Assembly: GCF_009914755.1 (NCBI RefSeq)
Contig: NC_060927.1
Direction: 5' to 3' (one strand)
Length of the DNA: 64,000 nt
Source of the DNA: the human T2T-CHM13v2.0 reference genome, Homo sapiens
The translations under genes were made by a program, and so were the position numbers. Shown piece after piece: positions 40,891 through 53,070 of the stretch (position 1 is its first letter; the number at the start of each line of letters is the position of its first letter). The notes under the pieces were generated by a model. The model searched no databases. It was not told the DNA's origin and saw nothing but the letters and a program-made list of their open reading frames with translations.

Positions 40891-41992
40891 AAAGCAAAAA
40901 ACCCCACAGTAGTGCAAAGGAAATATAGCTACGAAATATAAACATGGAAAGACTGTGGCGGCAGGCGGCAGACCCCTGTGCTCCAGCGTCTGAGCTACCT
41001 GTGCCCTGCTCTGTGGATCTCCCATCAAGTTCAGAGGCTTTGCTAACTGGTAAACAGCTTGTTCATCAGTGTGGCTGATGCAGGAATGGGTTCTCTGGTC
41101 AGGGGCGATGTCCTATCCTCGCAGAATACTGCAGACACCTCCCTCCCTGCACGGACCGGGCAGGAACAGCGAGCTATGAGCCCTGCCACCCTTCCTGGAT
41201 GGGGGACACAGCTGGGGCCCCACCCAGACCTGACTCCCACCACGAGCGAATGGGGAGGCTTCTTGCTCTCCCAATTCCCAGAGCTGACCAGCAAATCCTG
41301 CCCCTGGAACGCTGGCCTGTTTGCCTCGGGTAGGCCTTTCTTGAAAGGAGGTTGCAAATACCCAAAATGACGCCTTTCAGCTTGTGGGACCACTGTCCAG
41401 CTGTCTCGCTGTGGGTGCCACTTGTCAGCAACTGTCTCTACATGAGATGGAAGCTGGTCTGATACCGGACTTGCCTAAAACCTGCTGGTGAGGTCTGCAG
41501 GGGACGGTTGCTAACTCATCCATAACCACCTTCACCTCCATCATCTCCTAGAAGTTACCTAATAGATGTGCCTGCCCAGACTGGCTTTGGACAGGTCCCC
41601 ACCCCTCCCAGACACCCCCAGGACGTGCTGGGATTTCTCTGCTGCCATTCTGTTCCCATCTCATAACATGACAATCTGAAAGTCTGTCCGGCTGTCATTT
41701 CCTCCATTGCCCCCAGGCTCTGCTCTGTCGGGGACAGCCAGAGGTGTGCACTGCAGCACCTGGATGAATGTTGCGGCTGCTGTGGCCTCACCTCCCTCAT
41801 CGCCCCCCTTGGGACAAGGACTGACCCTGCCTCGGCTGATAAAGAGCTCACTATGGTCAGGCTCCACGCCAGAAGCTGGGACTTGGCTCTCTCCTTCTTT
41901 TCTTCAGCCTGGAGCTGAAGCAGAAATTTCTCTCTCATAATTTTCACTCCATGAGCCTTCGCCCTACAGTTAGGGGCATCAGAATCACTTAC

Positions 41993-42084
41993 AGTCTCGA
42001 TGCCATCACATCAGCCGCCTTCTCACTTCCAAGTCAAGTGCAAATTTGATAAGTGAGTTTCATGGTCTCCATCTGGATCTGGAT
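41993..42084 (-). ncRNA. Candidate 92-nt internal non-coding exon
   Basis: Acceptor tccccggccctccctccAG|; donor ACT|GTAAGT; stops in all three frames. Confidence 0.4.
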
Positions 42085-43094
42085 CTGGAGGGAGGGCCGG
42101 GGACTTCCTCTGGGCTGTTGACACCCCCCAGCCACCTCCCAGGGCACACAGGCATTGCAGGCACTGTTCCCCACTGCACGTTCCCCATCTTCCCACAGAC
42201 ACGCTGTGGGAACCCTGCCTCCACGGCCTAAGGAGACGCACTTACTGGGCCTGTCTTCCTGGGGTTCCAGTGGGCTCTTTGTCCAGGACCGTGGGCCACT
42301 GTTCACAGTCCTCTCCTGCCTTGTGCCTGTGGTCAAGTCCAAGCTCGTGGGAGTGTAGGTTTGGATGTCAAAATGCCCCCTACAGGTTCTTAAGGTTCCC
42401 CTGGAGTCACCAGGTTTGGGGGCATCCCCCATCCATTCACCCTCAGAGGGCTGCAAAGCTGGGTTCTGAGACCTCCCAGACTGCAGGAAGGGCAAGCTCT
42501 GGGCTTGGAAACCTGGGCTCTTTCCAAGTGGTCAGACCCCTATTGTGTCCCCAAGGCCACTGGAAATCCAGCATCTACGTGGGTTCAGGAGGAAGCCGGG
42601 GTTTTCCCCTTTATCTTCCTCATAGACAGTTCTGGCTACACCACTGCCTCTCAACAAAGAAGGAATCTCTCAGCTGGTGCTTGAGGATCCCCGAGCTCTG
42701 GACTTCCTGGCCTCATCCCCACCTCCCACCTGACTCCCACCTGTGCCCAGGTCCTGGGAAAACTAGAGTCCCTCTGGTTTCCAATCGGGCTCACCCTCAA
42801 AACCTACTCCCAGTCTCCCCTGAGAGAACGTGGAATGCCAACCCCTTCCTTGGCTCTGGTCCTCTCCCCACTCCAAGGCCTGTCCACACCATCCCCTTCT
42901 CCAGGAGGCCATTCCTGGCAGCTCCAAACCACTCATGCAGTCCTGCTCCCTCAGTACCCTTTGTGACTCTCAGAATAAAAGTAGCCCCCTTACAGGTCAT
43001 GTGAAGGTTAAATAAAGTGCTGTAAGTATAAATCTTGGGATAGCACCTGGTGTGGCTGACAGTTACTAATCACGTCGTACAGACCAGGCTATTT

Positions 43095-43345
43095 TTATTA
43101 TATCCATGTTATAGATGAGGAAACTGGAGTGCAGAGAGGTTGAGTAACTTGCCTGAGGTCACAGAGCTGCACAGAGAGGCTAAGTCACCTGCCAGAGGTC
43201 ACACAGCTGCACAGAGAGATTGAGTAACTTGCCCGAGGTCACGTAGCTGCACAGACAGGTTAAGTCACTTGCCTAATGTCACAGAATTAATCAGTGCAGA
43301 GCTGGATTGGACCCAGACACTCTCGCCCCAGTCCGTGCTCCTGAC
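43095..43345 (-). mobile_element. MIR containing a tandem-amplified core
   Basis: atagatgaggaaactggag...agagaggttgagtaacttgcctgaggtcacagagct. Confidence 0.88.
43131..43290. repeat. 4 x 40-bp tandem repeat derived from the MIR core
   Basis: Units start at 43131, 43171, 43211, 43251 with an exact 40-bp period. Confidence 0.95.
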
Positions 43346-43512
43346 TTCAATTCCCCTCTTATGAGAGGCTCTACCTCCTGACTCAGACTGTGGGCAGAGT
43401 CTGTCTCTCATCACTGGAATTCCTTGTTGGGTCTCAGCTCTACCTCTCAAAGGGTGGGACTTTGATGCGCAATTATAGAAAAGAAGGAAACTTCCTTTGG
43501 GGGAAGGAATTT

Positions 43513-43817
43513 CTTTTTTTTTTTTTTTTTTTTTTGAGACGGAGTCTTGCTCTGTCACCCAGGCTGGAGTGCAGTGGCGCGATCTCGGCTCACTGCAAGC
43601 TCTGCCTCCTAGGTTCTTGCCATTCTCCTGCCTTAGCCTCCTGAGTAGCTGGGACTACAGGCACCCGCCAGCACGCCCGGCTAATTTTTTTGTATTTTTA
43701 GTAGAGATGGGGTTTCACCGTGTTAGCCAGGATGGTCTCGATCTCCTGACCTCGTGATCTACCTGCCTCGGCCTCCCAAAGTGCTGAGATTACAAGCGTG
43801 AGCCACCTTGCCTGGCC
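43513..43817 (-). mobile_element. AluY
   Basis: caagctctgcc, gccattctcc, ccgtgttagccaggatggtctcgatctcctgacctcgtgatc; TSD-like ctttgggggaa(ggaa)tttctt. Confidence 0.95.
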
Positions 43818-43944
43818 CTTTGGGGGAATTTCTTATGGCTTCAAATGCTTTCACTGAAGAGAGTTTATTCTATTTCTATCCCTCAGTCATGCTCATCGGC
43901 TTATGTTCCCTTACTTCAGTCACATTAGGAACCAATACGGAGCT

Positions 43945-44060
43945 GTTATGGAGTTCGAATACCAGCTTGGGTTCGAATACCAGCTCTTGCTGTGTGACCC
44001 TAGGCAAACCACTCCATCTCTCTGGGTCTCGGTCTCCTCTTCTGAAAAACGAGGTGGGGG
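43945..44060 (+). mobile_element. MIR with 18-bp duplication of the B-box region
   Basis: gttcgaataccagct x2, then gctgtgtgaccctaggcaaacc. Confidence 0.75.
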
Positions 44061-44766
44061 AGCCGGGGTCAAGGGGAGCGTAAGGTGAGATGGATGGGCA
44101 CAAGCACAGGAGCAGACTCCAAGGAAGCACAGAGGAGGAGGACGCCAACAGAGCAGACGCTGCAGCCGTCATCCTCTTGGGGCAGGACTGATTCCAGGCA
44201 CTCAGCCATGTGAAGACCCCCACAGGTTTCCATGGCAACTTTGCCACTAACCACGCAGATGCCCAAGGGCTGGTGATTAGCCTCCCTGGGCTCAGTTTCC
44301 CCACCTGTGAGGTGAGGGCCCGTCAGCTCCATTGCTGCCTGTGCAGCTGAGGTTCTAAGATTTTGCCTTTGATGTGGAGCGGTCTCATTTTTGTGGCTGC
44401 CATGGTGACCATCTCACAGCACGGCTCCACGTTTCCATGAGCAGGACACAGTTATGACATAACCTTCTTAGCCTTTCTAGGGCTTGTCACAGGCTTTCAG
44501 GGGACACAGCAAACAGTAAAAGCTCTGCAGATTCAACGAAGGCCAGCTGGGTTTGAACCAGCCATGCAGGGGAACCTCCAGGTGCGGTGGGAGCCAAGAC
44601 AGCGAGATAGCTGAGGCTCAGCGGCACACACAGGAAGCATCGACCCTGTGTGGGATGACAGAGGCTAGGACAAACGCGGGGACCTGGTGCAATAGCCGCG
44701 GGACCAGCAGTGCCACGGTGATGTCTAATGGACAACTGTCAGCGAGTGCTATCAGCCCCACTTTCC

Positions 44767-45112
44767 TTTTTTTTTTTTTTTTGAGACAGAGTCTTGCTCT
44801 GTCACCCAGGCTGGAGTGCAGTGGCTTGATCTTGGCTCACTTCAACCTCCCCCCACCACCACCCTCCACCCCCAGGTTCACATGATTCTCCTGCCTCAGC
44901 CTCCGAGTAGCTGGGATTACAGGCGCCCGCCTCCACCTCACCCAGATAATTTATTTTATTTTATTTTATTTTATTTTATTTTATTTTATTTTAGTAGAGA
45001 CACGGTTTCGCCATGTTGGCCAGGCTGATCTCAAACTCCTGACCTCAGGTGATCTGCCCGCCTCGGCCTCCCAAAGTGCTGGGATTGCAGGCATGAGCCA
45101 CCGCACCTGGCC
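44767..45112 (-). mobile_element. AluS with (TATTT)n expansion of the central linker
   Basis: TSD agccccactttc; (tattt)~8 at 44949-44992. Confidence 0.96.
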
Positions 45113-45119
45113 AGCCCCA

Positions 45120-45815
45120 CTTTCAAGGGACATCCAGAACCCAGCTTTCCCCCACCCCTGCTGCCACCCCTCTGGTCCCGCCACTGTCATCACTTGCCTG
45201 GATCATTGCAGTGGCCTCTCTGGGCTCCCTCCCTGCACCCACATGCCTGAGTCCCTGCCACATGCAGCATCCAGGGCTCCAGGTCCCCATCGCTCCTCCT
45301 CTGTCCAGAAGAGGCTCCCTGCCGGGGGTAAAGGCAGAGTCCTCCAGGGCCCTGTGTGAACTGCTGCTCCTTGACTTCTGAGTCCTCACCTCCTCTTACC
45401 CTCCCCCGGCTCCCCCTCAGTCACACCAGCCTCCTTGCCATTCCCCCAACAAGCCAGGCACCTGCAGGCCTCTGGGCCTTTGCACTGGCTGAGCCCTGGG
45501 CCAGGCTGGCTCTTCCCAGATGTGTACACAGCTCACTTGCCCACTTCCTTTAGGCCATTGCTTCCATTCCATCTAACATGCCAACACCACCTACCCACCC
45601 CAGCTCGATCTTTCTCCTAAGCACATTTCCAATCAAACACACTACATATAACCTCTATTTACCACCATTATTGTCTGGCTTTCCTCACTGAAATGAGAAC
45701 CCTGAAGACAGGAATTTCCTTGTATTGTGCACTGTGGTAACTGCTCAGCAACTGGAACAGTTCTGGCTCATAGAGTAGAAGCTCAATAAATATTTATTGA
45801 ATAAATAAATGAATA
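45120..45815 (+). mobile_element. L2 3' portion
   Basis: tctgggcctttgcactggctg...agtagaagctcaataaatatttattgaataaataaatgaa. Confidence 0.88.
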
Positions 45816-46367
45816 GTGTTTGCTGAAAGAACCTTCACACTCAGGAATATTTTAAGTGTTGCTGCAATTCCCGACCAGCAAGATGCAGAGGAAAACCTTG
45901 AGAAGAGGACCCAGAAGGAAACCACAGTATTTACACAGTGGCATCCAAAAGACTGAAATATGCCAGCTCAGAGCTGGAGCCTGGCCAAGGGGTACAAAGG
46001 TTCTGACAAGGACTGCACCATGCAGAGGTCACTGCCCGCTACCTGGGGTATGAGACTCTGTTCCATTCAACAATATTCTAATGAGACAGTCAATGTCCAA
46101 AAGAAGACTCCTGACAGGAGGGACCGAGCCAAGGCAGCTGAGCCAGCTAGGAGGATTGAGTGACAAGCACATACCCATGCCAGAATTAGAGGCCAGGCAG
46201 GAGGTTCCACAAAGGTACCTCCTGGGTGCTGAGTGCTGAGACTACAAAGCCAAAGAAATGAGTTTCTGACCTCATGTAGCTGAAAGCTTAATAAGTACAA
46301 CAGTAGCAGCAGCAGAGCAAACCCAGAGCCCAGTGCTCACTATGCCCCACATACTGTTTTTCCCCGA

Positions 46368-47465
<1,098 letters not shown>

Positions 47466-47489
47466 GTTCAGCAGGACAAGAAAGTCTTT

Positions 47490-47685
47490 AAAGTGCTTTG
47501 AAAATATTGACTCACTTAAACCCCCAATAGCCCTATAGGATAGTTACCATTATTATCCCTGTTTTATAGATTTAACATTTCACTGAGGCAGAGAGAGGCT
47601 TGGTAACTTGCCATAGGGTACAGAGGCTAATACCATGAGTGGCAGAGCCGGGATCTGAACTCAGAGTATCAGACTCCAGAATGCA
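47490..47685 (-). mobile_element. MIR
   Basis: attatccctgttttataga...actgaggcagagagaggcttggtaacttgcc...ggcagagccgggatctgaactcag. Confidence 0.82.
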
Positions 47686-49959
47686 AGAGTTCCCAGAGAA
47701 GGGGTGTGGCACCCCCTGGTCAGCAGATTCCTCCCCGGAAGTAATCATCCCCACCCGAGGCAGCTTAGCCAAGATGGCGGGTATTGAGTGGTGCGGTGAC
47801 ACTGGACAGGGGGTTGGAAGAGCTCACACCAAGGCTGAATGAAGCTTCGGTAATACTCTGCTTTCAACTCATTTCCCCGCTGCCATACAGAAAACTACAC
47901 TCAACTCCATTTTCCTAAAAACGCCATGCATCAAAATATTAGATAAGGGGTAGTCAGCATTTGATTTCTAAAAGGCAAAATGTGAGTGCACACAAGGGCA
48001 CTAAGCAGAATGATTCTCTTAAGCAACTCTATTTTTGAAGTATCAACAGCCTCATTTTCTGGGAAGATTACTGCATGTAGGAGGAGCTCCGCTGTGCGAC
48101 AAAAGCTAAATTAGGGAGGACAAAAGGCCACGGTTTTATCTGACGAAGAGGTAACCCAGCACCCATGCTTTTCCAAGTGCCTCGGTGGTTATGTCAAATG
48201 GCTCTGATACCCGGGGCCCCCAGAAGCAGAACCCCATTAAGACGGGGTGAAGAACACAGGCCACCGATGGAAGCTGTGTTTCCACCGCTGGAAATAGCTG
48301 CACATGCCTGACTGGGGCCCCAGCTTCTGACCAACAGGTGATGCGCCACTCAGGCAGCAGCCCCTCCACATAACTACAAGCCCTGCCTCCACTGTCGCAT
48401 CTGAGGACAGAGGGCACTTCGGGCCACAGTCAGCCGTCACGTTGACCTGGAGGTCCTGGCTGGCATCACAACGCTGCCCTCTGACCTCACTTTGGCTTTA
48501 TCCCTTTGTTTTCTGATCCAGATGAGATGCTCCACCCACATCGGCGTGCAGCCTGGCCTTGGTTTGATTGCAGACTCAGCAAACATGAACCGAGCCCGCT
48601 CCCCATGGCTAGGCCACACCCTGGGGACGCACTGGGGTCCTGAGGCCTCGCTGGCCAGGAGGTGCCCAGGCTGGACACGGAGGCCTGATGGCAGTGCCAC
48701 AAGGGCGCCATGAACACACCCGGCCCATCAGTCCCCATGTCCAGCCCTCTTCCCTGCTCCACACCTCCAACTGGTGATCAGGAAGGCTAAGATGTGCCTG
48801 AAACCATTCTGAGCAGAGGTTGGTCCAAACCCCCCTGCACAAAGGTGTTAGTGAGGGATGAGCTGCAAAGAGCAAAAGGGCAGTAGGCAAGGTTTCATCA
48901 CAGCCAGCACCGGCTGCAGGAAAACCAGCTCAAGCCCCCTTCGGTGACAGGCTTTGGCATTTGAGTAAAGCCCAAACCGCAGGCAAACACTTTCAACGAC
49001 ACAGCTCCCTGGCGCTTCCTACTCGTTTTCCTCCCTCCTCCTCCATGGACTCAAGTCCAGGTTCTACCACTCTACTGCCCAGCGAGCAGCAGGTGGCAGA
49101 GCCCTGCACCGGAGGGCTCTCCACAGCTCAGCTTAGAATCCTGGACGGCCCTGCCTGTCCCCACATTAGAGATGAGGAAACCGAGGCCCAGGGCTGCCCA
49201 GCTTTCCCAGGCCGCAGAGTTAGCCACCTGCGACCCGGGGCCTCCATGCGGTCTCTGTGCATCCACACAGCCTTCCTGCTTCCCCAGCATCCTGACAAAG
49301 CTCCAGATCCGACAAGGCACATCCACACAGCCCTCCCCCAACCTCCCTCGACAATCAGAGCGGACGCACTGGCAGGAACGTCTGGAAGACCAACCTCCAC
49401 GTCAGGCAGCTCTAGAAGCTGCTTTTGTGTTAATTCAAAACTAATTTTCTGGTACCCAAGAAGGAACCAGGAACAGGTTCTTTTCTTTCCAAACCAGCTG
49501 GGCTTTAACAGAGAACACGCATGGCTGACCACCCCCCAGCACCCCAGCCCAAGGGAGGGGAGCCACTGCCTCTCTCCCCTAAAAGAGGCAGACCGGACAC
49601 TGGGCTTCGGTGCTGCAGCCAGGGGTTCCTGAGGACGGCTCTGCCTTGTGAGACGGAGGTCTGTCCCCTGATCCTGAGGACACCTGAAGGGCCCTCTCCA
49701 ACCTGGGGCAACAGGTGTATTGCTATGGATGGGGCTGGGGCTCCCACACGCAGGGCCTATGCTTGTATTGGAAGAGTAGAATATGTGCCCAGATTCAAAT
49801 GGCTGCATCAACCCAGTCTCAGTCTGTGGTTAACTCAAGGCCAAACACTTCAACTAACACAGGAAAAAGTCTTGTATAATACAAAGGGGCAGACAGCAAG
49901 AGGATCCAACAGTGAGAAGGGGACCCTTCTTGGTGATGGAAAAGGGCTTACAGTGTTTT

Positions 49960-50137
49960 GGGGTTTTTTTTTTGTTCTTAGAGACAGGGTCTTGCTCTGT
50001 CATCCAGGCTGAAGAGCAGCGGAGGGATCATGGCTCACTGCAGCCTTGATTTCCTGGGCTCAAGCGATCCTCCCACCTCAGCCTCCTGAGTAGCTAGAAA
50101 TACAGGCACGAGCCACTGTAATCTGCACTCAGCCGGC
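49960..50137 (-). mobile_element. Monomeric Alu (FRAM/FLAM/AluJ arm)
   Basis: gctcactgcagccttgatttcctgggctcaagcgatcctcccacc; TSD cttacagtgttt. Confidence 0.9.
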
Positions 50138-50212
50138 CTTACAGTGTTTCAATGACTGATTTGCTCCCCAAAATGGGATGCCTGGTTTTCCAACTAGCTT
50201 CAACCTCTTAAA

Positions 50213-50415
50213 CCAGGGGTTCCAACTCAGAGGCAATTCAAACGCAGGCAGCAATGGGTGATGTCCAGAGATATTTTTGTTGTCACAACTGGGGAACTGG
50301 GGAGGGGGCGTTACTGGACCTGATGGCCTTTGGATCCTACAATGCACAGGGCAGCCCCCACCACAAAGAGTGAAGTGGTCCAAGCTGCCAGTGGTGCCAA
50401 GGCTGAGAAACTCTC
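50213..50415. mobile_element. MER20 hAT-Charlie MITE
   Basis: agatatttttgttgtcacaactgggg...atcctacaatgcacagggcagcccccaccacaaag...gtgccaaggctgagaaac. Confidence 0.88.
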
Positions 50416-50499
50416 AAACAGATGGACCCTTGGCAAGAGTTGCCTTAGGAAAAAAAATTAATACGGGACTATTGAAGATAATAAATAATGTATGTGATA

Positions 50500-50710
50500 T
50501 CATAGGTACAGAGTTTCTGTCTGGGATGCTGAGTCTAGAGACGGATAGTGGTGACGGTGACAGCTGCACACTGAGTGTCAGGTGCACTGTCCACGACATG
50601 TTCCCACATTCTTCTGTACACGGTGATCTGCGGTACTGAATGCACACTTCAAATGGCTAAAATGGTAAATAAACACTTTGTGTTATTTATCTTTTAACCA
50701 TAAAAAAATC
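50500..50710 (+). mobile_element. L1M terminal fragment
   Basis: ggtacagagtttctgtctgggatg...tgcacacttcaaatggctaaaatggtaaat. Confidence 0.75.
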
Positions 50711-51329
50711 TATGACACATCAGATATAATGATATCATATATAATTATATGTAACTACATAATTTTAATTATTTCACAAAGTTGCCTGTTCAGCAAGTAC
50801 CAACTGTGGTTATAACCCACGGCATCAGCCCCATCCTTATCCCCCACCTGACAGATAAGCAAACTGATTGGAGGGCAGCCCAGTGATTTGCCCAGGGGAA
50901 CTGGGGTTCCTAAGAGCCACACCCTCCTGAGCTGACCTCACCAACCCCAAAGCAGCCTTCGGGATATCTCACTCAACCAAAGTCACTGAGCAAGCGCTGG
51001 GGATGCAGAAGGGACCAGGCAGACAGAAACCCTTCCCTCCGGGACCCCAGGCCATGGTGGGAAGATAGAAAGTGGACCACAGACAGAAACCAAAAGGACA
51101 AACTGGAGGACCCGTCAGGTGGCAAACACCATGGAGAGACGCAAAGCACGAGAAGGGGAGAGGGACCCTGGAGGAGAGCAGAGGGAGAGCCTCACCTACC
51201 CTGGGGAGAGGGTGCAGCACCAGCAGCGGGTGCAGCACCAGCAGCCAGCGGCCCCTATCTTCCCCTGCTCCCCAACCCAAAAACAGGCCTGGAGCTCTGC
51301 CCCATATCCCAGCCAACCCGCTGTGTGTT

Positions 51330-51480
51330 CACAGACAAGCTCCTTAACCTCTCTGTGCCCAGTTTTCCCTTTTGTAAAAAAGAAAAAATAAAACCTACCT
51401 CTGGTGCTGCCATGAGGATTAAGGGAGGCAGCGAGTATAAACTGCTCACCACCCTGCCAGGCACGCAGTGAGGGTCAGGG
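51330..51480 (+). mobile_element. MIR
   Basis: ttaacctctctgtgcccagttttcccttttgtaaaa...tgaggattaag. Confidence 0.75.
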
Positions 51481-52067
51481 AGGGCAGCACTTCAGTCCAA
51501 TCAAGACTACAAGGGAGTCAGGATGGCACAGAGACACACCTCACAGCTCAGGGGCCTCAGGACGAACGTTTCCAAGTGGTCATTCTCACGGGCATGATTT
51601 CACATGTAAGCTGCCCCTGAGAAGCTTCCCCAGTGCATGCATATGAGACAGACAGACAGACATTCTCCAGAAGACATAACATTCCGGCTAGGCAGGACGT
51701 TCCCAAGGACACCCAGTTTCTCAGCCCACACTGAACCCCACGCTGTGGGTCCCACATTTGGTGACCTCGCTAGGCTCCCTCACATGGCCCTCCTAGCTGA
51801 GTTGAACACATCAGCATCACCCCCAACCAGACTAACCCTGGCTGGTGCTCATTGCACTGCCCCAGCCCTTCCCGCCCCCGCCTGGTGCAGTCCACGAAGC
51901 CTCAGGGAGACTCGGGACATCTTCCTCGTTTGAGCTCACTTGAGACCACTCAGTTTGGGTAGGGCTCCGCACCCTGCAGCTGGTCTGAGAAATGGGGTGG
52001 GGCACTACAGCCTGTGAAATCCTCTGAACCCGGAGCCCCTTAAAGGGGTCCAAAATCTAGAAGCCCA

Positions 52068-52729
52068 GGAATTAAAAACGGCACAGCCACTTTGGAAGAC
52101 AGTTTGGCAGCTTCTTACAAAACTACATACGCCCCTGCCACACGGCCCAGCAATCACACTCCTTGCTGTTTACTTAAGGGAGCTGAAAATGTATGTCCAC
52201 ACAAAAACCTACACATGGGTGTTTATAGCAGCTTCATTCATGACTGTCAAAACTTAGACACAACCAAGATGTCCCTCAGCAGGTGAATGGATAAACTGTG
52301 CTACATCCAGACAATGGAATATTATTCAGTGCTAAAAAGAAATGTGCTATCAACCATAAAAAGCCATGGAGGAAGCTTCAATGCATATGACTAAGTGAAA
52401 GAAGGTGACCTGGAGGGAGAGAGGGATGAACAGGCAGAGCACAGAGGATTTTGCGGGGGGCGGGGGCAGAAACACTGCTCTGTGTGATGCCACAATGGCA
52501 GAACAAGCCCGTGGTGAACCATGAACTATGGGTAATAATGATGTGTCAAAGTGGGTTCATCCATTGCGGCAGATGTGCCACACTAATGCAAGATAATAAT
52601 GGAGGGAACAGGGACGGCAGGAGCATGGGAACTCACTGTACTTACTGCTCAATTTTTCTGTAAACCTAAAGTGCTCTAAAAGTAAAGACTATTAACAAAC
52701 AGCAACAACAACAACAAAAAACCTTTTAA
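52068..52729 (+). mobile_element. L1MC-type 3' end with A-rich tail
   Basis: cacagccactttggaagacagtttggcag...ctgctcaatttttctgtaaacctaaa. Confidence 0.92.
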
Positions 52730-52744
52730 AAAATCTAGAACTCA

Positions 52745-53070
<326 letters not shown>

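Noticed and set aside
43131-43290. CRISPR-like array (also considered for 28490-28730)
   Set aside because: Contiguous units without unique spacers, MIR- or microsatellite-derived, no cas genes, mammalian context.
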